Below are positions 19,165 to 29,534 of a DNA stretch of 64,000 nt, piece by piece. Made by a program: the position numbers and the translations under genes. The notes below the pieces were generated by a model. It was not told the DNA's origin and ran no database searches. It saw only the letters and a list, made by a program, of their open reading frames with translations. The stretch spans positions 139,442 through 203,441 of the forward strand of contig CAZLEV010000004.1 of NCBI GenBank assembly GCA_964558645.1, in the 5' to 3' direction. Every line of letters begins with the position of its first letter. Position 1 is the stretch's first letter. The DNA is from an uncultured archaeon. Lineage in GTDB: Archaea; Asgardarchaeota; Thorarchaeia; Thorarchaeales; Thorarchaeaceae.

Positions 19165-19379
19165 TGTCGAACCTCAATGATATACTGGTAAAGTTACATA
19201 TATGTGTTTTTCCTTTTATATCATACTGGGGCTTCGGACGGTTGACTAGGAGCCAGATAGACATGGAAAGAGCTCAGACATCCCACGGAGGACACTAGAC
19301 AGGAACTCCTAGAATCTCGTATGAAGATGCTAAACCTATTCCGAATTGACAGGGACTCTGAAGGCATACCCAGGTTCGC

Positions 19380-22304
19380 CTACTTCAAGAACAAAGAGGG
19401 GCGGCCGGGAAGTGCGAATCGTGCCTTATTCTCTGGGTCATAGTCTGGAGCATCGGCTGAGTGGACAGACACATCCATCCCCAATTCATTCGACATGTAG
19501 TCGGCAGACTCCTGAAGAGCCTCCAATTCCTCATCAGAACTTGATGAGTACTCCCACAGACCGTTTTCTTTCATAATCCGGTCCACGATAGACTTGACAT
19601 CTTGACCATGCTTTCTCATTGCAGGGTCAGACATCAGGTATTTCATCAGGTCACTCACAACAAAGGACACATCAGAGTCTCTTATCATATCTAGCGCCTC
19701 GAACATCCACTGCTCAGCAACGTAGACATGTACGGCTTCTTTCTTCTGGCCCTTCAAGAGTTTCTGGATCTCACGAATGTCGCGAATTGTCGCGTCTACC
19801 ACACGATGAGACCGCTCAATAGACTGGTCAATGAGTTGTTCATCGGCCTCAGGCCACGGTGCGAAGGATACAAACCCGTCGTGTCCCATCTGCGACCAGA
19901 ACTCCTCGCAAATGTGCGGGGCAATCGGAGCAAAAAAGCGAACCCAGATATCACAGATGTAGGCCAGTGTGCCCTCCCGTTCCTTCTCAGGCACTCCGGG
20001 TCGGGAGAGGTAGTCATTCACCATCCCGATCATCTCTGAGGTAGCCATTATGGCATAGTCCCTCAGCCTGAAACGCTCAACATAGTCCGTTGCATCTCGG
20101 ACGATGGAGTTTACCCGTGATAGCGCCCATCTTGTGATAGTCTTGGACTTGTCCTTCTTGTGATAGACCTCTGGCGTGTGCTTAGAATACTTGCTCATAA
20201 TGTCGGCAAACTGGCGTAGTCGGTTCCTGACTGCAGGTACATCCTTCTCTCGCCAGTCCATCAGACTTCCGGGCTCTGCGGCAGATATTGCATAGGTGCG
20301 ATAGATATCTGCGCCATACTTCTGAGGTATCTCAACCAACGGGATGACATTACCCTTACTCTTTGACATCTTGCCGCCCTCCATGTTCACGTGCTCATTC
20401 AGACTGATGCATTGCAGCCAATGCTTCTTTGGAAATATAGCTACATGATGAAAGATGGCAAAGCTCAGGTGGTTCGATATATGAGAGGGGGCGGTGTGAC
20501 GCTGGTCGTTGGGATACCAGTATAGGAACTCTTCTCGCATTGATTCGAGCAGTTCTTCGTCAATCCCTGTCTCGCCAGCCAAATCCTTAGGCTTACCCTT
20601 ACCCAAGAAGACATAGTCGAAGAAGCTTAGACTCAGCTGGTCGGGCAGAATCTTGTTAGACGTGATTTTGTGAACGATGGTGTAGAAGGCCATATAGATG
20701 GTGGAGTCGGACAATGACTCGATTATCCATTCCTTGTCAAATGGCAGACGGGTGCCAATACCTCGCTTTCTCGCACAGGGACGCTGGGTCAACCAGTCGA
20801 AGGTTGCCTCAAACAGGTTCCTGAAGGTATGAGGGACAATCTCCATCTCGTCAAGTGCCTCTCGGGCCTTCTCTTTCCATCCTGGCGACTGATAATCGAG
20901 GAACCACTGTCCTGCAAACACACCCACTTGAACATCAGTGCCGCACTTGCAGATGACGGGTCGCTGGTCTGGTTCGTAGAACACATCGCATCGGTTATTG
21001 CTCTTCAGCCATCTGACAACACCTTGCTTCACATCCTTGATGGGGCGGCCGGAGAACTGCATGCAATTGTCCTTCATAACACCATCATAGAACTCGGCCT
21101 TGTAGACCTCCTGTGTTGCCTCTTCGAGAGCGATATCTTCATCCTGCGACTTGATATCTCGTTTCTCAACAGCCTCTTTTGCGGGGTAATCGCCGTAACC
21201 CTCGATATCGATCATGCCTATGATCTCGATAGCACGGACCTCTTCTGCAGAGATGCCGTACTTCTCCAGACCAGATGGATTGTCCCACAGGTCTCGCAGA
21301 GCAATGTAGTCAAAGGGTGCATGACCGGGGACCGAGTAGACCACACCAGTCGCGTTCTTCGGATTCACGAAGTCAGCAGGAAGGATGAGAATCTCGTGGT
21401 CATCATGGATGGCCTTGAAGCGTTCACCTATGATTTGCTTGCCCCTGAACTCGTCGACAATCTCGATCTCCTTGGCCTGAAGATCCAGCTTCTCCGCCGC
21501 CTCTTTCGAGATAACCCATTTCTCATTGTCAACCCTTGCCCAGACATAGGTGGCTTCAGGATTTATCCACATGTTTGTGATTCCGAAGATGGTCTCAGGC
21601 CGCAGGGTAGCAGCCACCAAGAAACCATCCTTGAAGGGAAACTTGATTGCAGTGAACTCTTTGATCTTGGCGGTCTCGCCCTCCAGGAGGTCGTCTTCAC
21701 CAACAGGATTGCCGCAGTTGGGACAGTACAGCAACGGATAGTCCCCCTGCTTGATGTACCCCTTGTCCATAAACTTGTGATATTGCCACTCAATGAACTT
21801 GTTGTATATCTTGTCCCCTGTTGTGAACTTCCGCCTCCAGTCGATACTATAGCCCAGTGCCTTAAAATCTGATGAGATTGCATCGGCAAAGAACTTGGCA
21901 GTGGTCCAAGGATCAGTGAATCTCTCCAGTTGCTCTTCCACTTCCTCCTCAGTGTCCAGATATAGCCGGAGGTCACGCTTGTATTGCTCCACCGCCTCTT
22001 CATCTCCAGCCTTGATCCGCTCCACCATTCCGAGAATCGGAGTGCCAGTCATGTGAGAGGCCATCGGAAACAGCACATTGTAACCCTGCATTCGTCTGTA
22101 GCGTGCAATCATGTCACCTATTGTATAGGTTCGTCCGTGCCCAATGTGCAGAGCTCCGTTCGTGTACGGATAAGGAACGGTCAGGAAGAAGTCTTCTCTA
22201 TTGGGGTCAGGATCAGCCTCGAATGCTTCAGCCTCTGCCCATCTTTCTTGCCACTTCTTCTCTATGTCTTGGAAGTCGATATCAGTCACTGTGTTTGGCC
22301 TCAA
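19380..22304 (-). CDS. leuS: Leucine--tRNA ligase (archaeal type)
   Basis: PYPYTNGALHIGH (HIGH), AATLRPET, IESLSDSTIY, KMSKSKGN. Confidence 0.97.
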   Translation of the reverse strand: MRPNTVTDIDFQDIEKKWQERWAEAEAFEADPDPNREDFFLTVPYPYTNGALHIGHGRTYTIGDMIARYRRMQGYNVLFPMASHMTGTPILGMVERIKAGDEEAVEQYKRDLRLYLDTEEEVEEQLERFTDPWTTAKFFADAISSDFKALGYSIDWRRKFTTGDKIYNKFIEWQYHKFMDKGYIKQGDYPLLYCPNCGNPVGEDDLLEGETAKIKEFTAIKFPFKDGFLVAATLRPETIFGITNMWINPEATYVWARVDNEKWVISKEAAEKLDLQAKEIEIVDEFRGKQIIGERFKAIHDDHEILILPADFVNPKNATGVVYSVPGHAPFDYIALRDLWDNPSGLEKYGISAEEVRAIEIIGMIDIEGYGDYPAKEAVEKRDIKSQDEDIALEEATQEVYKAEFYDGVMKDNCMQFSGRPIKDVKQGVVRWLKSNNRCDVFYEPDQRPVICKCGTDVQVGVFAGQWFLDYQSPGWKEKAREALDEMEIVPHTFRNLFEATFDWLTQRPCARKRGIGTRLPFDKEWIIESLSDSTIYMAFYTIVHKITSNKILPDQLSLSFFDYVFLGKGKPKDLAGETGIDEELLESMREEFLYWYPNDQRHTAPSHISNHLSFAIFHHVAIFPKKHWLQCISLNEHVNMEGGKMSKSKGNVIPLVEIPQKYGADIYRTYAISAAEPGSLMDWREKDVPAVRNRLRQFADIMSKYSKHTPEVYHKKDKSKTITRWALSRVNSIVRDATDYVERFRLRDYAIMATSEMIGMVNDYLSRPGVPEKEREGTLAYICDIWVRFFAPIAPHICEEFWSQMGHDGFVSFAPWPEADEQLIDQSIERSHRVVDATIRDIREIQKLLKGQKKEAVHVYVAEQWMFEALDMIRDSDVSFVVSDLMKYLMSDPAMRKHGQDVKSIVDRIMKENGLWEYSSSSDEELEALQESADYMSNELGMDVSVHSADAPDYDPENKARFALPGRPSLFLK

Positions 22305-22537
22305 CTGGTCTGATGTTGATTGAAGAGCGAGATGGAGAGTCCGCTATAAAGGACTCGAAAAAGGAGTTATCGCAGGTTACTGAGAACGCAATCCATCCTG
22401 GCTCACTCTGTTCTTGTTGATGCCAACAGGGCCTTATTAGGAATATGGTCAAAACCAGTTGGCCAACATGCATACTATGGTCCCCAGAAAATGTGCGCTA
22501 AAGATAAAGTGAAAAGGAGAACCCACGGGAACCGCCT

Positions 22538-23173
22538 ATGCTCCCAGACTGGATGATCACAGGCGACGAATTCGTAGACATTCACGCAGAACTTCACGAC
22601 TACAGTCAAGTAGTCCAACTTCTTCGAACAATAGAAGAAGAGGAGAGCCTGAAGCGGTACCTCAACGGACACAACTCGGGAGCGAGATGGTTCTTCCAAG
22701 TCTACAGTAAAGAGTTTGTGGAAGAGCTTGCAGATATCATCAACGGCATTGTCCGGTCGTCAGGACGAGTGGGTCCCGTTCTTGAGGTGATGAGTGGGGA
22801 TGGTCGACTGCGTGACTTTCTTGAGCCGATGGTCGAAAGAACTCTGATTGCCACCGATGTACGCACAGGAAGATACAACATCGCCTACCCGAAAGAAGTG
22901 GTCAAGATTGACGCACTTGCTGCAGTCGATACATACAATCCAGCAGTCGTGATCTGTTCCTGGGAACCCTATCTCTCCATGACAGGGATTGAGATAGCGA
23001 ATCTTGGAGTGCCGTTCATCTGGATAGGAGACTCGGAGATGTGTGGGCATCCAGACCTTCTGAGTCTTGATCACATCTCAGTGGACAGCAGGTACGCCCT
23101 CGGCAAACATGACTCCATTAAGGAGAAGGAGTTCAGAACTGAGATTCTGATCTACAACTGCAGTCCGTCTTGA
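22538..23173 (+). CDS. Hypothetical methyltransferase-like protein
   Basis: VLEVMSGDG...IATD motif-I/II-like pattern. Confidence 0.55.
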   Translation: MLPDWMITGDEFVDIHAELHDYSQVVQLLRTIEEEESLKRYLNGHNSGARWFFQVYSKEFVEELADIINGIVRSSGRVGPVLEVMSGDGRLRDFLEPMVERTLIATDVRTGRYNIAYPKEVVKIDALAAVDTYNPAVVICSWEPYLSMTGIEIANLGVPFIWIGDSEMCGHPDLLSLDHISVDSRYALGKHDSIKEKEFRTEILIYNCSPS

Positions 23174-23253
23174 GTGCAGCAAGAAGCAAGTGATACATCG
23201 TTTCATATTGATAATCATAGTACTTCACATACAAGACAGGAGAAGGTCAACCC

Positions 23254-24195
23254 ATGGTGAAGCCAGCAGTTGATGCAGTGGACATCGATCTCAAGACAGG
23301 AAGCACTCTAGGTTTCTATACATTCGGAGAGGACCGACCCAATTTACTCATCGTTTCCGCCATGAATGGGCTTTCTGCCACGGATGTCTACACAAGCTTT
23401 CTCGTGATGAAACACCTCAAGCCCCTCAGCCGGATAGACGGCTCTGTGACCGTCTTGCCAGTTGCCAATCCTCTAACATTCAGACTGGGTATGGAGGTCT
23501 CACCTCTTGATTCTAGGGCGCTTGACTCCGCATTCCCTGGAGATGAGAGAGGCACTGTCACACAGCGAACTGCATGGGAGATATGGAGAAAGGCATCCCA
23601 AGCAGACTACGTCATCCACCTCCGCAGCAGCTGGCAGTCCTGTGTGAGCCATATTGTGGCTTTACACCGAGACTACATCCATGTGAGAAACATGGCGTCA
23701 CAGATTTCTCTTCCTCTTGTTGTGCAGAGTACTGGAGAGAGAGGAGCCCTCTCAACGGAGGCAGCCCATGACGGCATTCCTGTGGTCTCGATCGAGATGC
23801 GCGGGAATAGAGGACAGGTGGAGACCCAAGCAGCAGTAGAAGTCAGAGAGGCTATCGTCAACTTCCTAAGAATCAAGGGCATGATTCCGGGAGACCCCTT
23901 AGAGGCTTCAAACACCTTGACAGGAACAATGCATCATGTCAACGTGGACACGGAGGGTTTCTTCATCCCCACCGTGAGTCTTGGCGAGGTCGTAGGTGCC
24001 GAGGACGTAATTGGGAGGGTGGAAGATAAGAAGGACATTCGTTCACCCTATGATGGAGCCATAGTCTCCATGAACCCGATGAGTTATGTCTTCGAGGGGG
24101 ACAGTATAGGAAGAATCGCTGCGCCACTTGTTGATCAATGGACAGGTCGTCAACAGGAGGAAGAGAGGGACAAACCAGTTCGAAGGAAATGGTAG
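23254..24195 (+). CDS. Succinylglutamate desuccinylase/aspartoacylase family protein, metal ligands degenerate
   Basis: Family framework (LPVANP, FPGD..GT, C-terminal biotinyl-like IRSPYDG). HGxE is replaced by NGLS and DLH by HLR. Confidence 0.75.
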   Translation: MVKPAVDAVDIDLKTGSTLGFYTFGEDRPNLLIVSAMNGLSATDVYTSFLVMKHLKPLSRIDGSVTVLPVANPLTFRLGMEVSPLDSRALDSAFPGDERGTVTQRTAWEIWRKASQADYVIHLRSSWQSCVSHIVALHRDYIHVRNMASQISLPLVVQSTGERGALSTEAAHDGIPVVSIEMRGNRGQVETQAAVEVREAIVNFLRIKGMIPGDPLEASNTLTGTMHHVNVDTEGFFIPTVSLGEVVGAEDVIGRVEDKKDIRSPYDGAIVSMNPMSYVFEGDSIGRIAAPLVDQWTGRQQEEERDKPVRRKW

Positions 24196-24196
24196 T

Positions 24197-24667
24197 ATGA
24201 GCAATGACGACATCGAGTACTTGATGCGGATCAATGTTGGCGACAACAGAATGCGCGAAAAGGGCCGCATTCTCTTGATTGGAAGCTGCATGAGAAGTAG
24301 ATATCCTGAGATTGTTGAAGAGTTCAGAGCAATGGATGGTGGGCAGGCAGTACTTGAGGTATGTCTTGAGGAAACACATGTCAACCAGGCAGGCTTCAAG
24401 ATTGGTTCGATTGTGCGATACTCCGATATCAAGAAGTTGATTGCCTTAACCGTCGATGGAAGCCCACATTGCGTCCAGCTTCACTATGTGATAGAGGATG
24501 TCAAGCGTCACTTCACACCAGAGGTAGAACTGGATCATCACGTTGTGGAGCGAGGAGAGGTTCATGAAATATCCTCAGAGGCAGTGAAGAGGTCCAGACA
24601 TCTGTCTAAGATACAGAAGATGCTCAACAAGGGAAGTACCTCATCCTTATCGTCTCAGTCGGGGTAA
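24197..24667 (+). CDS. Conserved Cys-motif (putative Fe-S-binding) protein
   Basis: LLIGSC, VCLEE, TVDGSPHCVQLH. Confidence 0.65.
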   Translation: MSNDDIEYLMRINVGDNRMREKGRILLIGSCMRSRYPEIVEEFRAMDGGQAVLEVCLEETHVNQAGFKIGSIVRYSDIKKLIALTVDGSPHCVQLHYVIEDVKRHFTPEVELDHHVVERGEVHEISSEAVKRSRHLSKIQKMLNKGSTSSLSSQSG

Positions 24668-25231
24668 CAGAAATCCCGCCTGTTCTTTGTATTTCTCGTA
24701 CTCCTCATCATAGTGGATGATGAGCTTTCTCTCCTCTAAGACTGCACCTATGATGGTATACGTAGACATGGCAATAGAGAAGAGAATGACACGGGGGAAG
24801 GGATAGATAAAAGCCAGACCTGAGAAGATGGCAACTGTTGCCAAGTAGAGAGGATGCCTGATTCGTGAGTATATTCCGTGAGTGACCAGCTCAGGCTGGC
24901 GATCTGTACGCATGTCGGCAACTGTAGTCACAGAGATGATCTGAGACGCAGCTGTGGCCACTACAAGTCCAAAGCCTATCAGTATAGCACCGAAGGACAC
25001 TGAGAGCCAATTCACCGAGGCGACATCGAGGAAATAGAACCAGTCCCAGAACCACATTGATAGAAACGCTACACTCAGAGCTATTACACTTGTGGCCTCG
25101 AAGATGATAGCATAACCATTCTTCCCCCATCTATCGATTATCCGCTGCTTCACAGGAAGGTGAGAAAGTCCGCTGTGCTGCAGCCCAAACAGTGTCACTC
25201 CAAGTATAATCCACATGTACTCTAGCATCAT
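24647..25231 (-). CDS. Isoprenylcysteine carboxyl methyltransferase/PEMT family membrane protein
   Basis: LVTHGIYSRIRHPLY, EERKL...YEKYK. Confidence 0.85.
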   Translation of the reverse strand: MMLEYMWIILGVTLFGLQHSGLSHLPVKQRIIDRWGKNGYAIIFEATSVIALSVAFLSMWFWDWFYFLDVASVNWLSVSFGAILIGFGLVVATAASQIISVTTVADMRTDRQPELVTHGIYSRIRHPLYLATVAIFSGLAFIYPFPRVILFSIAMSTYTIIGAVLEERKLIIHYDEEYEKYKEQAGFLLPRLRR

Positions 25232-25300
25232 GCACTCTCCAATCGCTCGATCCTCATTCAGTTGACATCATTCGCAATGCTTAAAAGCTCAGCCTCGTAC

Positions 25301-25328
25301 ATTAAACATAGTTAATTAAACATTGTTA
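25301..25328. promoter_or_regulatory. Tandem 14-bp repeat, candidate operator
   Basis: ATTAAACATAGTTA / ATTAAACATTGTTA between divergent genes. Confidence 0.5.
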
Positions 25329-25333
25329 ATACG

Positions 25334-25915
25334 GTGATAATCATGGTTGATACAAAAAACCCCTTTACACCAATGGAGATATGGGAAGACACTCGCGTGG
25401 CTCTACGCGAGGATGACGAAGAAAAGAAGGTCGACGCAAAGCACTACCATGTGCGCTACATGGTCGGTGAGAGCGAGGACAAGCGATTTGTTGACGGAGG
25501 AGACGAAGATGTTTCCTCACTGTCTGACAAGAGTGTATACATGGTTCCTTCGATCCATCGAATCATGGACGAGCCATTCCACTACAACGTTTCTGCAGTC
25601 CATCAGGTAAGTGGGAGAGGAAACATCGAGGGCAGGATCAGACACCTCAAGCGAGCAGGTCAGTGTGAGAACCACGACATGGTAGAGGTTGCATTTCAAA
25701 GCGCGGGTGTTGAGTGCTGTGCAATGTCCAAAGAAGAGGCAGATAAGCAGCGTGCGCCGCTGAAGTACCTCGCGGGCTACCTGTTGGGGAGGAACGATGG
25801 CCTCTTGAAGATCGCACTCTCAAAGACTGAACTCGACTCTGGCGATACTTACTACGAGAGCATCCATATCATTCCCGAGGCGGTTGTGAAGGAATGGTCT
25901 TGCCTTGAGGCCTAG
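25334..25915 (+). CDS. Hypothetical protein
   Basis: 193-aa ORF with protein-like composition; no family recognised. Confidence 0.65.
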   Translation: MIIMVDTKNPFTPMEIWEDTRVALREDDEEKKVDAKHYHVRYMVGESEDKRFVDGGDEDVSSLSDKSVYMVPSIHRIMDEPFHYNVSAVHQVSGRGNIEGRIRHLKRAGQCENHDMVEVAFQSAGVECCAMSKEEADKQRAPLKYLAGYLLGRNDGLLKIALSKTELDSGDTYYESIHIIPEAVVKEWSCLEA

Positions 25916-25949
25916 ATCATATTCAAACCAATGCATATGAAGAATTGAT

Positions 25950-26020
25950 GGCGGGCGCCCCGAAACAGAGGCGATAATGGTCGTTTCTCAAGGTGTGGCT
26001 CGCCGCTCCCTCTTTTTTCT
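25950..26020 (+). terminator. GC-rich hairpin plus T-tract
   Basis: GGCGGGC/GCTCGCC and GAAAC/GTTTC stems followed by TCTTTTTTCT. Confidence 0.45.
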
Positions 26021-26206
26021 TGTTCAGAAACAACTCCATGTAGCTGAATTCGTGCTGTGATACACTTGCATTCAAATGCTTAGACTTAAATATTCAAAAT
26101 GTGGCCGCCAACTTCGCAACTCCTCTCGGAATGCAGTTTTATCCACTGTTTCTGGTCCGATGCTGAGGACCAACCCTGATGAGGACCCTCCAAAGGTGAA
26201 GAAGAA

Positions 26207-27151
26207 ATGGCAAAGCCACTCCGTTCCATGACTGACAAGAAACAAGGAACCACGATTTGTTCTATCTGCGGCGGTGACGACTTCTACGAGGACCATTCAC
26301 GGGGCGAAACCATTTGCACATCATGCGGTTGTGTCATCACCGAGCGGATAATGGATACCGGGCCTGAGTGGAGAGCATTCACCACAGAAGAGAGAAACTC
26401 AAGGGCTCGTACGGGCGCCCCCATGACACTCACCATGGCGGATAAGGGTCTAGCCACAACCATCTCATGGAGTGATAGGGACGCCAACGGGCGTTCAATC
26501 AAGGCTAGCAATCGAGCCGCAATCTACCGAATGCGAAAGTGGCAGATCAGAACCCTTGTTCACAGCTCCCAGCACAGGAATCTCAGCATAGCCATGAGTG
26601 AGATGGATAGACTCAGTTCTCAGCTTGGTGTACCACGCGAGACAAAGGAGACAGGTGCACTTGTCTATCGTAAGGCTCTGGCGAAGAGACTTGTCAGAGG
26701 CCGCAGTATCGAAGGAATGGTGGCAGCATCCGTCTATCTCTCATGCAGAATCCACAAGATTCCTCGACAACTCGACGAGATAGTTGACGAGGCCAGAGTG
26801 AATAGAAAGGAGCTTGGACAGTGTGTCCGTCTGATACTGCGCTACGTTGATGTCAAGGTACCCATTCCATCTGCAAACGACCTTATGCCGCGAATCTCAG
26901 CCGATCTCGAGCTTGATGGCCAGACCGTACAAACAGCTATGAACATAATCAATGAGGCCAGGCAAAAAGGAATCACAGCAGGCAAAGACCCTGGCGGGCT
27001 TGCAGCAGCGGCGCTCTACATCGCAGGTATCATAACTGATGACCGACGCACTCAGCGAGAGATTGCAGAGGCCTCCAATGTGACCGAAGTCACCGTGAGG
27101 AACAGATACAAGGACCTCGCGACAAGCCTGAAGATAACAATACGTCCATAG
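26207..27151 (+). CDS. tfb: Transcription initiation factor IIB (paralog 1)
   Basis: Zn ribbon CSIC...CTSC, GPEWRAF, GKDPGG, TQREIA...TEVTVRNRY. Confidence 0.96.
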   Translation: MAKPLRSMTDKKQGTTICSICGGDDFYEDHSRGETICTSCGCVITERIMDTGPEWRAFTTEERNSRARTGAPMTLTMADKGLATTISWSDRDANGRSIKASNRAAIYRMRKWQIRTLVHSSQHRNLSIAMSEMDRLSSQLGVPRETKETGALVYRKALAKRLVRGRSIEGMVAASVYLSCRIHKIPRQLDEIVDEARVNRKELGQCVRLILRYVDVKVPIPSANDLMPRISADLELDGQTVQTAMNIINEARQKGITAGKDPGGLAAAALYIAGIITDDRRTQREIAEASNVTEVTVRNRYKDLATSLKITIRP

Positions 27152-27361
27152 ACTCCGAGGAATCCAAAGAAGGCATATCAATTCTTCTTGATTTGGTTAC
27201 AGCATCTATCTGTGTTGCCGTTACCGAAACCTTTCGCTTATATATGGAAAGTTCCAATGTATGCATGGTGCCGAAGACAAGCACCACTCCGAGATAGTAT
27301 TCCATCCATAGGGTATGTCAGAAGTAATTCCTCTCGGAGTACTAGGATAGTGAAACAACTA

Positions 27362-28318
27362 ATGAACCGATCCACGAGATATAATTCGGAGAAAGAATCA
27401 TCGCAGAACACATGTCCGGTCTGCGGAGGCAACGACTTCCACGAAGATGAAGCCCGGGGAGAGAAGACCTGCACTGCATGCGGATGTGTTGTTTCCTCAC
27501 ACATCATAGACCACGGTCCTGAATGGAGAGCATTCACTGCCGAAGAGAGAAATGCTAGAGCTAGGACCGGAGCTCCGATGAGGCTCTCGATTCCAGATAA
27601 AGGTCTGTCTACCAGTATCAGCTGGAGTAACAAAGACGCTAGAGGACGTTCAATCAAAGGTAAGAGACGTGCAGCCATCTACAGGATGCGAAAGTGGCAG
27701 ATACGGAGCATTGCCCATCAATCACAACACAGGAATCTTCGGATAGCAATGAGAGAGCTCGATAGGCTCTCCTCACAGATGGGTATCCCGAGAAAGGCCG
27801 GGGAAACCGCTGCTCTGATCTACAGGAAAGCATTGAATAAACGACTCATCATGGGCCGAAGAATAGAGTCTATGGTTGCAGCATCGCTGTATCTATCATG
27901 CCGTATCCATAGAATCCCTCGCCAGCTGGACGAGGTTGTAGACGAGACTTCCATCGACAGGAAAGCACTATCGAAATGCGTCCGTAGAATCATCCAGAAC
28001 GTTGATGTACATATACCCCTTCCTTCAGCAAGGAATCTGCTTCCAAGAATATCTGCAGACCTTGAGATGGAGGGCAAGACTGTTCAGAGGGCCTCTGACA
28101 TCATCAAGCAGGCAGAGAAGAAAGGCATAACTGCGGGCAAGGACCCTGGCGGTATCACGGCAGCCTCTCTGTACATTGCTGGCATCATTGAGAATGATAG
28201 GCGTACTCAGAGAGAGATAGCCGATGCATCAAATGTCACTGAAGTAACAATCCGCAACCGATACAAAGAGATTGTGAGAGAACTGGGCATAACCGCGAAC
28301 CCCAGACAGTACGAGTAA
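27362..28318 (+). CDS. tfb: Transcription initiation factor IIB (paralog 2)
   Basis: CPVC...CTAC, GPEWRAF, TEVTIRNRY. Own TATA-like TTATATAT at 27238-27245. Confidence 0.95.
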   Translation: MNRSTRYNSEKESSQNTCPVCGGNDFHEDEARGEKTCTACGCVVSSHIIDHGPEWRAFTAEERNARARTGAPMRLSIPDKGLSTSISWSNKDARGRSIKGKRRAAIYRMRKWQIRSIAHQSQHRNLRIAMRELDRLSSQMGIPRKAGETAALIYRKALNKRLIMGRRIESMVAASLYLSCRIHRIPRQLDEVVDETSIDRKALSKCVRRIIQNVDVHIPLPSARNLLPRISADLEMEGKTVQRASDIIKQAEKKGITAGKDPGGITAASLYIAGIIENDRRTQREIADASNVTEVTIRNRYKEIVRELGITANPRQYE

Positions 28319-28385
28319 TCTGTCGAGCAAGTGACGAGTTGGCAACCAAATCCTTGATTTAGGATGTGTTCCAAGAGAGGGTTCC

Positions 28386-29135
28386 ATGGAACAGTTCCTC
28401 ATCGCCCTTTGTGGACTGCCGGCATCAGGCAAGACAAGCCTAGTTCAGGCAATCGAAGGATTACTTGCGTCACAAAGCGTCAGAGTGGTCAGTACTGACA
28501 GATGGCGTGATGAGGAGTACTACGAGAACTTCAGACCATCAAGAGAGAGACTCGTTAGAAGACGAGCACTGAAGGAGACCGAGCTACTACTGAGTCGTGG
28601 CATCAGTATCATTCATGATGATACGAATTACTATGCGAGCATGCGCCACGAGCTGTTTGATATGGCTGTGAAACATGAAACATCTTTCGGAATCATCCAT
28701 GTCAAGACACCGGTAGATATAGCTGTGAAATGGAATGAAGAGCGAGATACATTCATTCCAGAAAGAGTCATTCGGCGCATAGCAGAGAGAATGGATACTC
28801 CTGGGGAGAGATACAGCTGGGACAGACCCGCTCTTAGCGTTGATCTCAGTGCCACGGATGTTGCTTCAGCTGCTCAACAGGCTGTTGAAGCATTGGAAAC
28901 ACTTGCGCCTGCAGAGCAGGAAGCCTATGATGAAGAAGCGGAAAGACAGAATAATCTCATCGACTCGTTGACCAGAAACACCGTGACTCAATTCTTGGAG
29001 ACCCATAAGAACCTTAGAGGGGACGCAAGGGTGAGTTCGATCAGAAGGTCTGTGGCAAGAAGCGCCATGGACTCTGAGATTCCTATGGAAGATATACAGC
29101 GAGTACTCTTAGGACGTCTCAGACGCCTTCTGTGA
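28386..29135 (+). CDS. pstK: L-seryl-tRNA(Sec) kinase
   Basis: GLPASGKT, DDTNYYASMR, WNEER, PGERYSWDRP. Adjacent to tRNA-Sec. Confidence 0.9.
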   Translation: MEQFLIALCGLPASGKTSLVQAIEGLLASQSVRVVSTDRWRDEEYYENFRPSRERLVRRRALKETELLLSRGISIIHDDTNYYASMRHELFDMAVKHETSFGIIHVKTPVDIAVKWNEERDTFIPERVIRRIAERMDTPGERYSWDRPALSVDLSATDVASAAQQAVEALETLAPAEQEAYDEEAERQNNLIDSLTRNTVTQFLETHKNLRGDARVSSIRRSVARSAMDSEIPMEDIQRVLLGRLRRLL

Positions 29136-29193
29136 CTATCTTCTAGTTCCCTGACTAGTTGGACTGGGCCTCATGCTCTTAAGCGGAGACCAA

Positions 29194-29427
29194 TCAATGC
29201 GTTTCTTGTTCTCTCCTACCAAGCTCCAATTTCAGATATATTGCGAAGAGAATCAGCGCAATCGCACCTAGTTGCAGGCTTGAAACTGGAAGCAGCAAAA
29301 ACCCCGATCCGAGAAGTGCAAGAGCGAGGAGCAGGCCGCTGGCGCTCTTCAGTACAGCCCGAATCCACCACTGATTATATTGTGAGCCCGAATCATCGGG
29401 GGTTGTCAACGTCGTTTGAACCACCAT
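29194..29427 (-). CDS. Small two-TM membrane protein downstream of tRNA-Sec
   Basis: ATG 29427; two hydrophobic segments. Confidence 0.5.
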   Translation of the reverse strand: MVVQTTLTTPDDSGSQYNQWWIRAVLKSASGLLLALALLGSGFLLLPVSSLQLGAIALILFAIYLKLELGRREQETH

Positions 29428-29534
29428 ATACCATTCGGCGGTAAATGTGATTAGACTTTCGGATAGCGTATCTGCATGATTGCAACCACCATTTATGGTG
29501 CCAGAACGAGCTTGGAGTTGTCCTTGCATGAAAA

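Noticed and set aside
20829-21872. 347-aa + strand ORF
   Set aside because: Antisense shadow of leuS; no motifs.
25970-26010. Fluoride riboswitch-like start (GGCGAU...UCG)
   Set aside because: 3' conserved UGAUGAC pseudoknot segment absent; position fits a terminator.
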